This document shows, in pieces, positions 30,122 to 38,718 of a stretch of 64,000 nucleotides of DNA. The notes under the pieces are model-generated. The model was not told where the DNA came from and did no database searches. It saw nothing but the letters and a program-made list of their open reading frames with translations. Source of the DNA: Desulfatiglandales bacterium (lineage in GTDB: Bacteria > Desulfobacterota > DSM-4660 > Desulfatiglandales > HGW-15); assembly GCA_963667015.2 (NCBI GenBank), contig CAXXJJ010000004.1, positions 1,312,001-1,376,000 on the forward strand, in the 5' to 3' direction. A program made the translations under genes and the position numbers. Each line of letters opens with the position of its first letter. Positions within the stretch are counted from its first letter, which is position 1.

Positions 30122-30931
30122 TTATATCGAAAGGCTTTTATATAATGCGTCCACATTCATATTGACAAAACCTGCGATGGGTCCTTCTTTAGGAATGTCC
30201 GAAAATTCCTTTGCTTCCATAATTTTCTTGCATGTTTCTTCCGAATTCAGGCCTTCCTTTATTGCCCCGCTTACAACTTCAACCCACAACTGTATCTTAT
30301 CCTTCATTATCTGAAAGGCGTTTTTGTCTGAGATATCTCCATGCCCTGGTATTACATAATCTACATCCAATTCACTCAATCTGTTAAGTGAGTTAATCCA
30401 CTCACCGGGGAGAGCACTGATAAAGGTTGGTATCTCCAGGTTGATATTGTCAGAAGTAAATACCACCCTTTCTTCTGGAACATAAACTGCAAGCTGTTTT
30501 GGGGTATGACCAGGTACTAAAAGAATTTTAAATGTATGATCCCCAAGATGTAATGTAGCTTCTCCTTCAACTGTGATTTCAGGCGGCTTGAAAAAGAAAC
30601 TCAGATCGGGCTTTGGTGTGCCGGGGGCCACCATTGAGAGCATATTTAAAAGCTCATCCATTTCTGCATTCTTGAGAGCAGTATAAGTATCTTCCGTTCC
30701 AATTACCGTCCCGCCTAAATAACAGCTTCCACAGTAGTGATCTATATGAGCCTCATTAATAATGACATACTTAACAGGCGCATGTGCTTCAATCTGTCTT
30801 TTCCATTCCTGTGCCTCTGCCGGCACCATTGGTGTATCAATTACAACTGCACCTTCTTTGGTCACTATAAAACTTGAGTTACAGCCCTGAAAACCCGTTT
30901 CGGTATAAATATTATCAGTGATCTTCTGCAT
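30122..30931 (-). CDS. MBL-fold metallo-hydrolase (cyclase-like)
   Basis: NEAHIDHYCG, PGHT, FTSD, IPGHG. Confidence 0.9.
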   Translation of the reverse strand: MQKITDNIYTETGFQGCNSSFIVTKEGAVVIDTPMVPAEAQEWKRQIEAHAPVKYVIINEAHIDHYCGSCYLGGTVIGTEDTYTALKNAEMDELLNMLSMVAPGTPKPDLSFFFKPPEITVEGEATLHLGDHTFKILLVPGHTPKQLAVYVPEERVVFTSDNINLEIPTFISALPGEWINSLNRLSELDVDYVIPGHGDISDKNAFQIMKDKIQLWVEVVSGAIKEGLNSEETCKKIMEAKEFSDIPKEGPIAGFVNMNVDALYKSLSI

Positions 30932-30961
30932 TTTGTGATCTCCTTTCTTATTATTTTACTA

Positions 30962-31990
30962 TTACATCTCAATCACGGTTTTAACCATATCCGGTCTTGG
31001 ATTTGCCGCGTTTTCAAAAGCCTTAATGCTGTCGCTGAATGAAAACCTGTCTGTCACCAGGGGTTTCAGATCTACCTTTCCTGAACCTGCCAGGGCCACT
31101 GCCCGCGGATACATGTGTGCATAGCGGAATATGGGTTTTATACAGGCCTCTTTGATCTGGGCAGCCACAACATCAATGGGCGCCGGATCTACAGGCATAC
31201 CGATCAGGATAACTGGCCCCCCGGGACACAGAGGAGTAAAGATGTCTGCTATAACCTTTTCATTCCCGGTGGCCTCAAAAATAACATCAACTCCCCAGCC
31301 GTCTGTTACCTCTTTTACTGTTTCCAAAACAGATTCGGATTCCGCATGAACAGTCATGATTCCATATTTTTTTGCAAGCTCAAGTTTTTCAGCCTTGATA
31401 TCGGTAATAATAACGCGACTGCACCCTGCAGAAAGTGCGCATATAGCCGTTACAAGGCCAATGGTTCCGCAGCCTAAAACCAGAGCAGTATCTCCCGGTT
31501 TGATCCCGGCTTTGGTGCAGGCATGCAGTCCAATGGCCATTGGTTCAATAAGTGCTCCCTCATCAAAACCAAGATTATCAGGAAGCTTGAAGGTAAACAT
31601 TGCAGGGTGGACCACTGTCTCCCGCAGGCAGCCATGTACCGGAGGTGTGGCCCAGAATCTGACTCCCGGATCAAGATTATATATGCCAAGCATGGTCGCC
31701 CGTGATCCGGGATCAGGGATACCCGGCTCCATGCATACCCTGTCTCCCGGTTTTAATCCCTTTACATTGGCCCCTGCCTCAATGACTGTACCGGAGGCCT
31801 CATGTCCAAGGATCATAGGCTCTTTTACAACAAAACCACCAATCTTTCCGTTTTTATAATAATGGATGTCACTGCCGCAAATCCCAACTGCTTTCATAGC
31901 GATTTTAACGTCTTCAGGTCCCATCTCTTCTTTGATGTCAATATCATCAATTGAAATCCTATTAATTTCGTGCAAGACCAGTGCTTTCAT
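30962..31990 (-). CDS. Zn-dependent NAD(P) polyol dehydrogenase (sorbitol/xylitol dehydrogenase-like)
   Basis: [39 protein letters not shown]. Confidence 0.93.
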   Translation of the reverse strand: MKALVLHEINRISIDDIDIKEEMGPEDVKIAMKAVGICGSDIHYYKNGKIGGFVVKEPMILGHEASGTVIEAGANVKGLKPGDRVCMEPGIPDPGSRATMLGIYNLDPGVRFWATPPVHGCLRETVVHPAMFTFKLPDNLGFDEGALIEPMAIGLHACTKAGIKPGDTALVLGCGTIGLVTAICALSAGCSRVIITDIKAEKLELAKKYGIMTVHAESESVLETVKEVTDGWGVDVIFEATGNEKVIADIFTPLCPGGPVILIGMPVDPAPIDVVAAQIKEACIKPIFRYAHMYPRAVALAGSGKVDLKPLVTDRFSFSDSIKAFENAANPRPDMVKTVIEM

Positions 31991-32048
31991 ATATCCTCCT
32001 TTAATTTCAGATATGTTAAAAACAACTCCTTTACACCAAACCAGCTAT

Positions 32049-32156
32049 TCAATGGAGCCTGTATGTCTTTACAATTAGAACATTATTGCCCTTATATTCT
32101 TTTAACCAACTTTTACCTTGAGCACGTATCTTCTTTTTCTTTTTTGATACAATCAT
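32049..32156 (-). pseudogene. Probable truncated terminal cassette ORF
   Basis: 35-aa ORF MIVSKKKKKIRAQGKSWLKEYKGNN... starting just after the last attC crossover; no attC of its own found. Confidence 0.35.
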
Positions 32157-32170
32157 TGAATTCTCTTTGC

Positions 32171-32238
32171 ACAGAACGACGACTGATAACCGGTTTGGCA
32201 GGCTTTTCGCCAAATCCGCGTTTATTAAATTGTTATGA
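32171..32238 (-). repeat. attC site (68 bp)
   Basis: R'' TCATAAC ... GGATTTGGC/GCCAAACC stem ... R' GTTCTGT. Confidence 0.85.
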
Positions 32239-32243
32239 GTATT

Positions 32244-32888
32244 TCAATTGTCATCAAGCGTTTCTAAACCCTGTAAATGTTGGGTCTCTCCCCATGTGAG
32301 CATTTTCCAATTGTTTCGATCGATTGAGAAACTGCTAATTGATGCATTGAACAACGAAAACCGACGAGGAACAGTTAAAGGAAGACCAGTTGCATGATAA
32401 AACAATCCACTTAGTATTCCACCATGTGTCACTAATAAAATGACTTTTCTCTCATATTGTTCCGCAAGCAACTCTACACAATTTATTGCCCTATTATAAC
32501 GTTGTCTGGCACTTTCTCCACCAGGGAAACAGTAATCAGGATCTCCCGATTTGTATAAAGTCCATTCATTCGGATATTTATTCCGCCATTCTTCCTTCGT
32601 AAGACCTTGAAGAGAACCAAGGTGACGTTCTCTCAACAATTCTTTAGTTGATACCGATAGTTTTAGTTTTGACGCAATTATTTCAGATGTTTTCGATGCA
32701 CGCCCTAAATCACTACTTATAATGAACTCAATTCCTCGGTTCATTAAACCCTCACCCAATGCATAAGCCTGTTTAATCCCAAGGGCAGTTAAGGGGCTAT
32801 CCAAATGACCTTGTTGCTTACCTGCCAGATTCCACTCGGTTTCTCCGTGTCGAACTACATAAACTAATGTTGATTGACTGTTATTCAT
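32244..32888 (-). CDS. Histidine phosphatase family protein (cassette)
   Basis: VRHGETEWN, SSDLGRA, LRER, GGES, VTHGG. Confidence 0.95.
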   Translation of the reverse strand: MNNSQSTLVYVVRHGETEWNLAGKQQGHLDSPLTALGIKQAYALGEGLMNRGIEFIISSDLGRASKTSEIIASKLKLSVSTKELLRERHLGSLQGLTKEEWRNKYPNEWTLYKSGDPDYCFPGGESARQRYNRAINCVELLAEQYERKVILLVTHGGILSGLFYHATGLPLTVPRRFSLFNASISSFSIDRNNWKMLTWGETQHLQGLETLDDN

Positions 32889-32900
32889 ACTTCTCTTTAC

Positions 32901-32986
32901 TCATAATGATTAGCTTACAAGCGCCGCTGTGATTTTCCATGTCAAGCAAGGGACCCTCCGGGGTCTTGTAGAGCGCAATGTTATCT
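32901..32986 (-). repeat. attC site (86 bp), R' crossover triplet mutated (ATT instead of GTT)
   Basis: R'' AGATAAC, L'' CTCTACAAG / L' CTTGTAAG, R' ATTATGA. Confidence 0.8.
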
Positions 32987-33008
32987 GAGGCTGTTGTAAC
33001 AATGTTCT

Positions 33009-33596
33009 CTAGCTCCGCCTTCTCTCCATCGCCTTGCGAATTGCTGTGAGTTCTTTCAGCATATGCCTAAGGATTTGTGAATCGTTTTGCTCTAAAAATT
33101 CCTTTTTAATTTCCCTGGTACCTGAAAAAGTAAAATTACTGACTCTTTCCATAATTGTATCTTTTAAACCATCAAGGTCCATCACTCCCATCAATCGTAG
33201 CTCGGCCTGTACAGCTTGTGCGCTGCCGGCACCTGCGGTTTGAACATGAATTGATCCAATGTTGAACATCCTCTGGACCGGCCCTTGAGTCACATCTACG
33301 TTAGTTATTTTTTGGTATGGAACAGTAACACGCTTCCGCCAAAACACACCTTTCTTCATCTTGACTGCGTCATCGTCAATAATATATTCCAGAGATCTGT
33401 AAAACGCTGGTATCCAAAGCAGAATAGGTACCATAAGCATTAACCATCCAACTAAGCAAAGGCTGAAAATGATTTTGTCAATGGTTGTTGCAAGCAAAAT
33501 TACACACAGTGCCAAACCAAGAATAAATGTAATAGCCCAGCCGATAAACCAAAGGGACTTTTGCTCTTTTTCAGGCAGCACCAATATAGGTTTCAT
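33009..33596 (-). CDS. bPH_2 (YdbS-like) membrane protein (cassette)
   Basis: Two TM helices then Y.I......KGVFW....VPY.KITNV.VTQGP.QR.F.IG.I.VQTAG. Confidence 0.9.
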   Translation of the reverse strand: MKPILVLPEKEQKSLWFIGWAITFILGLALCVILLATTIDKIIFSLCLVGWLMLMVPILLWIPAFYRSLEYIIDDDAVKMKKGVFWRKRVTVPYQKITNVDVTQGPVQRMFNIGSIHVQTAGAGSAQAVQAELRLMGVMDLDGLKDTIMERVSNFTFSGTREIKKEFLEQNDSQILRHMLKELTAIRKAMERRRS

Positions 33597-33624
33597 TCTT
33601 GTCTCCTTCCTTTCCTTAATCGCA

Positions 33625-33740
33625 CGATAACCCTTAACATGCCGGTGCCTGTCACCATAATAAAATTATAAATATAATTGTCATAAACCTTTAAGGATTG
33701 ATTCGGCAAAATAGTAGCCTGTCACGTTGAATGGTTAACT
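33625..33740 (-). repeat. attC site (116 bp) overlapping the NUDIX stop codon
   Basis: R'' AGTTAAC, L'' CAACGTG / L' CATGTTA, R' GTTATCG. Confidence 0.75.
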
Positions 33741-34145
33741 GTGTTTCAGGATCATGCACTTTTTAGAATTATAAGTCTCAAATACTTTACAATCTTCCTT
33801 ATTCATGGGGTGCATTCTCTTTATTTCTTGAATTGTTACCCATCTAATTTCAGCAAGTTCATCAGAAACGACTTTTGCTTCTCCCGATAGTATTTCAGTT
33901 GTCCACCAGTGTAACTTTCCTGAATTATCATTTGTTACATATTCACAAATCTTGTCTTTTGCCTTTATATCAAGATTTACTTCTTCTTTCGATTCTCTCT
34001 CCACAGCTTCTGCTTGCGATTCACCTTTTTCAACTTGACCACAAATAGGAGACCAATACCCAGGATAGTTCTTTAATTCTGTTGAACGCTTTGAAAGTAA
34101 ATACTTCCCATCTTTTTCTATAATGGCCGCAATTATATTTATCAT
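33735..34145 (-). CDS. NUDIX hydrolase (cassette)
   Basis: Nudix box GQVEKGESQAEAVERESKEEVNL. Confidence 0.93.
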   Translation of the reverse strand: MINIIAAIIEKDGKYLLSKRSTELKNYPGYWSPICGQVEKGESQAEAVERESKEEVNLDIKAKDKICEYVTNDNSGKLHWWTTEILSGEAKVVSDELAEIRWVTIQEIKRMHPMNKEDCKVFETYNSKKCMILKHS

Positions 34146-34171
34146 AGGTAGCTTTGTTTATTCATTGAAAC

Positions 34172-34231
34172 AGTTAACGTTGCTACTCTCCGGCGCGAGG
34201 AACGAGCTTCAGGAGCAGTAGCTGGTTATGG
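34172..34231 (-). repeat. attC site (60 bp)
   Basis: R'' CCATAAC, GCTACT(G)CTCC / GGAGAGTAGC stem with one unpaired base, R' GTTAACT. Confidence 0.92.
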
Positions 34232-34262
34232 TTAGGTTTTATATAAAGGTACTTTCAACATG

Positions 34263-35081
34263 CTAAAGCTTAGGAACCGGAATTTGATCAATCGATAATT
34301 TTTTACCTTCATGCTGATAGCAGCCCTTATCGCTAATTTCTTTGATAAGGGCTGACGATTTCTTATCACACTCTTTTACTATAAAACTTAGCAAGTTTTC
34401 ACTTGAACCATCGCCTCTTCCATACATTAATTGAAAATTATCTGGCAGATAAAAATCACGATAAATAGGTTTTTGCTTTTTATTGTATGGGATATGATTA
34501 TCCAATTCGTGATCAGTAATTATGCCAAATCGTAGATCCCTATTCTTAGGGTGGCCGTTAATTCTATTTATTTCTGCAATCCATCCAAATTTTTCAGGAT
34601 GTAATTCTGCTGGGCAATTACGGAATAAAATTGCACCATTCCATGGGAAACCAGCATAATATCTATTGGGATCTGATTTTGTTAAAACGCAATGGATAAT
34701 TCCTGAAACCGAAAGTACTTCCGGTCCGATTGTTTTAGAATTTGTATCAATGCCAATTAATACGTCGAATGAGGATGACAAATGCCTAAAAAGATCAGGT
34801 TGATGTGGCACAACTTTATCATGGGTACGAGAGATAACCCTTTCTTTCCCCGAATTCGCTATGTAATGAGTTTGGCTAAAAGTTACATCAGTTTCGATTG
34901 TGCGGCCATCGTGGGTTATTCCTTTGAACTCCATTTTTTCTTTATCATAGCGCACACCACTTAGTGGCTCTGGTGAACCCACCATCACAACTTGCTTTCT
35001 TGGCTTCTTATTTATACAGCACTTTTTAAATTTTTTCCCACTTCCACATGGGCACGGATCGTTTCTTCTGGGAGTAGTCAT
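34263..35081 (-). CDS. SEC-C motif protein (cassette)
   Basis: N-terminal RNDPCPCGSGKKFKKCC; remainder unassigned. Confidence 0.88.
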   Translation of the reverse strand: MTTPRRNDPCPCGSGKKFKKCCINKKPRKQVVMVGSPEPLSGVRYDKEKMEFKGITHDGRTIETDVTFSQTHYIANSGKERVISRTHDKVVPHQPDLFRHLSSSFDVLIGIDTNSKTIGPEVLSVSGIIHCVLTKSDPNRYYAGFPWNGAILFRNCPAELHPEKFGWIAEINRINGHPKNRDLRFGIITDHELDNHIPYNKKQKPIYRDFYLPDNFQLMYGRGDGSSENLLSFIVKECDKKSSALIKEISDKGCYQHEGKKLSIDQIPVPKL

Positions 35082-35125
35082 CGGTCTCGACCACCTTTAA
35101 AATTTGCATACCGCAAAAATTTTGA

Positions 35126-35193
35126 CCATAACGCCGATGCTTACCGGCTGGGCGGCGTTTTATCGCCCAGTCGGGTAGAGCATTTTGTTGGTA
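35126..35193 (-). repeat. attC site (68 bp)
   Basis: R'' TACCAAC, ATGCT(C)TACC / GGTAAGCAT, CTGGGCG/CGCCCAG, R' GTTATGG. Confidence 0.92.
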
Positions 35194-35222
35194 TTAATGA
35201 AGGCCATAAAGCAAAAGTAAGC

Positions 35223-35885
35223 CTAATTATTATTTGTAGACGATTCGTCTTTTTTATTTTCATATTGATAAAGATAAAATGTCCCAAGTAGAATCAATAT
35301 TGATGAAATAATTGATAATACGAACTGGATATATTGAACTCTATCTCTATACTTGAATTTATCGTCTGCTTCACCTGCTATTTTCAAAAATCGTTGATGA
35401 ATTTCTTTGGCATGTTTGTCCGCGTATGTAAAGAGATCATTAACACTTTGATCATTAAATTTTGTTTCGAAGTCGGAAACCTCATTATCGTAACCCTCTA
35501 CAAGAGCATAAGTTGATTTTGCAGTTAACAGAGCCTTATCATATATACGACCACTGAGGTTTTTTTCAGTTTCTTTAAGTGATTTAATATCAATGTACTC
35601 CAGAACACCAGTTCGACCGGCTAAGTTACCCAAAACTACAATTTCATTTTGAGCGACTTGCAATTGGTAATATTCTCTCTTTTGTAATTCAATGAGATCA
35701 AGATTTTGCCTATATGAAGTAAATTCTTCTTTTTTATTATTGTACCGATCATCAAGATAAGAAAACCAACAAGTACATAATACCAGTAAAATATTTGAGA
35801 TAAGAGCTAATGAAAGAAATAAGCGCCCCTTTTTACCCTTTTTACGATATCCTGGTTCGGGTAGTATCTTTTTCTTTGATGACAT
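35223..35885 (-). CDS. Hypothetical two-TM membrane protein (cassette)
   Basis: Hydrophobic segments near both ends with a helical middle; bounded by attC sites. Confidence 0.8.
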   Translation of the reverse strand: MSSKKKILPEPGYRKKGKKGRLFLSLALISNILLVLCTCWFSYLDDRYNNKKEEFTSYRQNLDLIELQKREYYQLQVAQNEIVVLGNLAGRTGVLEYIDIKSLKETEKNLSGRIYDKALLTAKSTYALVEGYDNEVSDFETKFNDQSVNDLFTYADKHAKEIHQRFLKIAGEADDKFKYRDRVQYIQFVLSIISSILILLGTFYLYQYENKKDESSTNNN

Positions 35886-35914
35886 GTTGCCCTTTCTGAT
35901 TATTTTTATTAAGA

Positions 35915-36046
35915 CACCAACATGCTACATTACAAGCCGGGCGGAGCATACCAACTTACCATGTTAAATACACGAAGGTTTATAGTCGGTAGAGATTTAA
36001 AAAATGGCGAAAAAAAAGCCCGGTCTTAGTAAATCACTGGTTCAGC
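35915..36046 (-). repeat. attC site (132 bp)
   Basis: R'' GCTGAAC, TACTAAGACCGGGC / GCCCGGCTTGTA, R' GTTGGTG. Confidence 0.88.
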
Positions 36047-36069
36047 AAATTTATTTGATGCCGAGATCT

Positions 36070-36414
36070 TTACCTTTGCTCTAATCTTTTAATTATTTTT
36101 TCAACACTTGAAATACTTTCCTTGTTCCCTAGAAGTAATTCATGTAGCCAACTTTCGCATGCTGCAGCCGCTGCCCATTCAGGGCTACCGTGAGATCTTG
36201 CACCTTGTCGTACAGCTTCTTGCCTTAAGCCAGTAGCCCTATTTACTAGAGCTTTTAGAATCTCTTCGCGTTCAAGTCCTTCTTTTGCTACCGCTTCATC
36301 AATATAAGGCCTTAATGATGAAAGAGCATTTGATATAAAAGTACGAGCTTTCTTTTTAAAAATACCAGAGGTAGCTTTTTCAATTTTTAACAATTCATCT
36401 ATATTGAAACTCAT
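36070..36414 (-). CDS. Hypothetical protein (cassette)
   Basis: 114 aa with AGGAGG RBS; bounded by attC sites. Confidence 0.8.
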   Translation of the reverse strand: MSFNIDELLKIEKATSGIFKKKARTFISNALSSLRPYIDEAVAKEGLEREEILKALVNRATGLRQEAVRQGARSHGSPEWAAAAACESWLHELLLGNKESISSVEKIIKRLEQR

Positions 36415-36437
36415 TTTAGCCTCCTGGATATCGTGTT

Positions 36438-36569
36438 GCCGAACGACAGGTATGACAAGCCGGGCGGTTTAAATAGAAAAATATATACAAACATCAATGA
36501 TTACTTAATTGCACTCAATCCCGATCTGGCAAGAAGGTAGCCCGGTCTTAGTAGATACCATGGTTGGCT
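36438..36569 (-). repeat. attC site (132 bp), same family as 35915-36046
   Basis: R'' AGCCAAC, TACTAAGACCGGGC / GCCCGGCTTGT, R' GTTCGGC. Confidence 0.88.
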
Positions 36570-36571
36570 GC

Positions 36572-36600
36572 CGCCAACCTGTTTAGTTTATTTTTGACTG
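36572..36600 (-). other. attI-like site
   Basis: Minus strand CAGTCAAAAATAAACTAAACAG-GTTGGCG, resembling attI1 CCCTAAAACAAA-GTTRRRY, at the head of the array. Confidence 0.55.
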
Positions 36601-36866
36601 CTTACTTTCAATTACTATGTATTAGACGGCTGTTTCGCAATCTATTTTTAATAATTTTAGTAAACAAAACAAAATTGAATCACATCTTAAAGATGTACAA
36701 ATTTAAATTTTCAATTAAAGAAAGGGGGGCGTACTTGAGAAAGAAAACATCTTTCCCCTCCAGTGAAAATGATTTAAAAGCTTTAAACAATCTATGGCTT
36801 AAGGTATCCCCCCGCAACAGATGGTGGTACCATGATGGATTTTTCCGATTAAAAAAGACTTAAAAA

Positions 36867-36931
36867 GCAGTAATTCGCTATATCCGAAAAGATATAGTTA
36901 TTCTTAAAATTTATTTAAGAATAATTCAAGA
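36867..36931 (-). repeat. 65-bp promoter/operator-like repeat, copy 1
   Basis: 55/65 identical to 38425-38489; contains palindrome TTATTCTTAAA-N5-TTTAAGAATAA. Confidence 0.8.
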
Positions 36932-36994
36932 AAAGAAAAGCCAGAGGTCGGAGGTCACTGCGGGGATGCATTGAGGTCTCCTTCCCTGATTCTT

Positions 36995-38272
36995 TTACGA
37001 AACTTCCTGCTCAACCTGATCTTCAACCTCAAACTCATTAATGGTTCCTTTATGAAAACCGAACCATGCTGCCGCCACACCGGCAAGGGTAAGCCCGGTC
37101 AGAATAAAGAAAAGCATTCTCGGTGATGAATCCATTATTCTAGGGGTGACTGTGGCCAATCCCGCGGCAATATACCGCGAGGTAGCAATTATTGCGCCCT
37201 GTGCAGTTGTGCGCAGCAGTGTGGGAAAAGACTCCTGGGTCCAGACTTTCATAATCGACTCAAAAGCGAAAGCTATTCCAAAAAAGCCGAATATGCCGCC
37301 GATAATAAGTACGATTGTTGATATACCAAAAACAGCAGGAAGCAGGAACATCATGAGCAGTGCTACAGCACCAACCTGAAAAAATTTAAACCTTTTTGGC
37401 GTATCCGCTATTTTCATAAACCAGTAGCTCCAGACACACCCGAGCGTAAGGTTTATAAAGGTAACAGTGGAAGCAAAGCGGACACTTTCCCCTATTACAT
37501 TAACCCACAGGTATGTAAAAAACTGACTGAACGTATTGGCCCCCAGGTTGGTGAGTGAGTAGAAGAGAAGCAGAGCGATAAAAGGCACCACGTACGGCGC
37601 TTTCAGGAGATCATTTAATGATGCCCGTTTTGCCCGGATTGTATCTTCACCGGCAAGTCTCTCGGCACGGGCAGCTTCCCATTTGCCTGACTCGGGGATT
37701 CCCATGCGCAGAATCATGGTAATCAGCGCCAGCAGTCCAACCTGACCATACATAATCTGACCGCTCAGGCGCCCGTAGTCTTCACCTACGATAGCCGAAC
37801 ATCCCAGTGCTGCCAGGACTCCCACTGCCCACATAATTTGACTGAACCCAAGAAGTTTCCCGCGGTTTTTTTCGGTAGCCACCTCGGCGATTGCAGCCAG
37901 TGAAACCGGTAAATCGGCGCCTGTTCCAAGCCCCAAAAGAATGGTTCCGATAAGTAATCCATAAAAAGAGGTCATCAATGTCAGCATGGCCGAACCAATG
38001 ACAATCATGGCCATTGTAATTATAAAAACCGAACGGCGGCCATATTTGTCCCCGAGCCTGCCTCCCAGAAGTGCACCGGTTGCAATGCAAAAGGTCAAAG
38101 AGCCGGACAGGATTCCAACCTGATCAGAGGTTAATCCTATTGAGTGCTGGTAGATAACCAGTGCTATTCCCGAACTGACCATGGCACAGGCATCAATATA
38201 GGAGGCCATTCCACAGACAATAGTTGTCCACCACGGGCTTACTGTACGCGTATCAGAAGAGGCAGTATTCAT
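36995..38272 (-). CDS. MFS sugar/polyol transporter
   Basis: About 12 TM segments, GRLGDKYGRR motif A, ESFPT.LR. Confidence 0.93.
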   Translation of the reverse strand: MNTASSDTRTVSPWWTTIVCGMASYIDACAMVSSGIALVIYQHSIGLTSDQVGILSGSLTFCIATGALLGGRLGDKYGRRSVFIITMAMIVIGSAMLTLMTSFYGLLIGTILLGLGTGADLPVSLAAIAEVATEKNRGKLLGFSQIMWAVGVLAALGCSAIVGEDYGRLSGQIMYGQVGLLALITMILRMGIPESGKWEAARAERLAGEDTIRAKRASLNDLLKAPYVVPFIALLLFYSLTNLGANTFSQFFTYLWVNVIGESVRFASTVTFINLTLGCVWSYWFMKIADTPKRFKFFQVGAVALLMMFLLPAVFGISTIVLIIGGIFGFFGIAFAFESIMKVWTQESFPTLLRTTAQGAIIATSRYIAAGLATVTPRIMDSSPRMLFFILTGLTLAGVAAAWFGFHKGTINEFEVEDQVEQEVS

Positions 38273-38424
38273 ATTTTTTCTCCGTTAACAATGAAAACTA
38301 AATCGAGATTCAGGATCACTGATGCGGGCCAAAAGCCCGGCTCAAATACGTTAAAGAGGGCAAGTCTGATAATAACGACTAATAATACTTTATTTGGATA
38401 ATACATAAGACTATGCACCTTTAG

Positions 38425-38489
38425 GCAGTATTTCATTATACCCCTAAAGATACAGTTATTCTTAAACCTTATTTAGGAATAATTCAAGA
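38425..38489 (-). repeat. 65-bp promoter/operator-like repeat, copy 2 (upstream of MFS)
   Basis: Paralog of 36867-36931; minus strand carries TATAAT downstream of the palindrome. Confidence 0.8.
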
Positions 38490-38718
38490 TTCAATATTCA
38501 AGATTATGAATATCGGCTGTCAGGCTGCAGACTATAGGCTTTTAGAAAAAACAAAAAAAGTGGTCAGAGGCCGGAGATCTGAAGTCGGTGCAGTGTAAAG
38601 AAGAAAAGATTTATCCTGTTGGTCGAAATGACATAAGAAAGAGCCGGCGTCGTTTGAAGTTTACGCCGCACCGGGGAGGCCGGCAGCTGATGATATTATT
38701 TTGCTTCTTATGCAGCGT

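Larger units (their letters stand above)
32171..36600 (-). mobile_element. Integron-type gene cassette array lacking an integrase (CALIN) with attI-like site
   Basis: Seven attC hairpins between co-oriented AT-rich ORFs; each cassette start is complementary to its own R'' box; no tyrosine recombinase ORF in the window. Confidence 0.92.

Noticed and set aside
32171..36569. Possible CRISPR array or simple terminators between the short genes
   Set aside because: The spacers are whole genes and the repeats differ in length and sequence; the hairpins lack U-tails and instead show R''/R' boxes.
36564..36863. 99-aa + strand ORF divergent from the array, in the position where intI would sit
   Set aside because: No tyrosine-recombinase motifs (R-H-R-Y, HTLRHSFATH), TTG start without RBS, low-complexity AT-rich translation; likely spurious.
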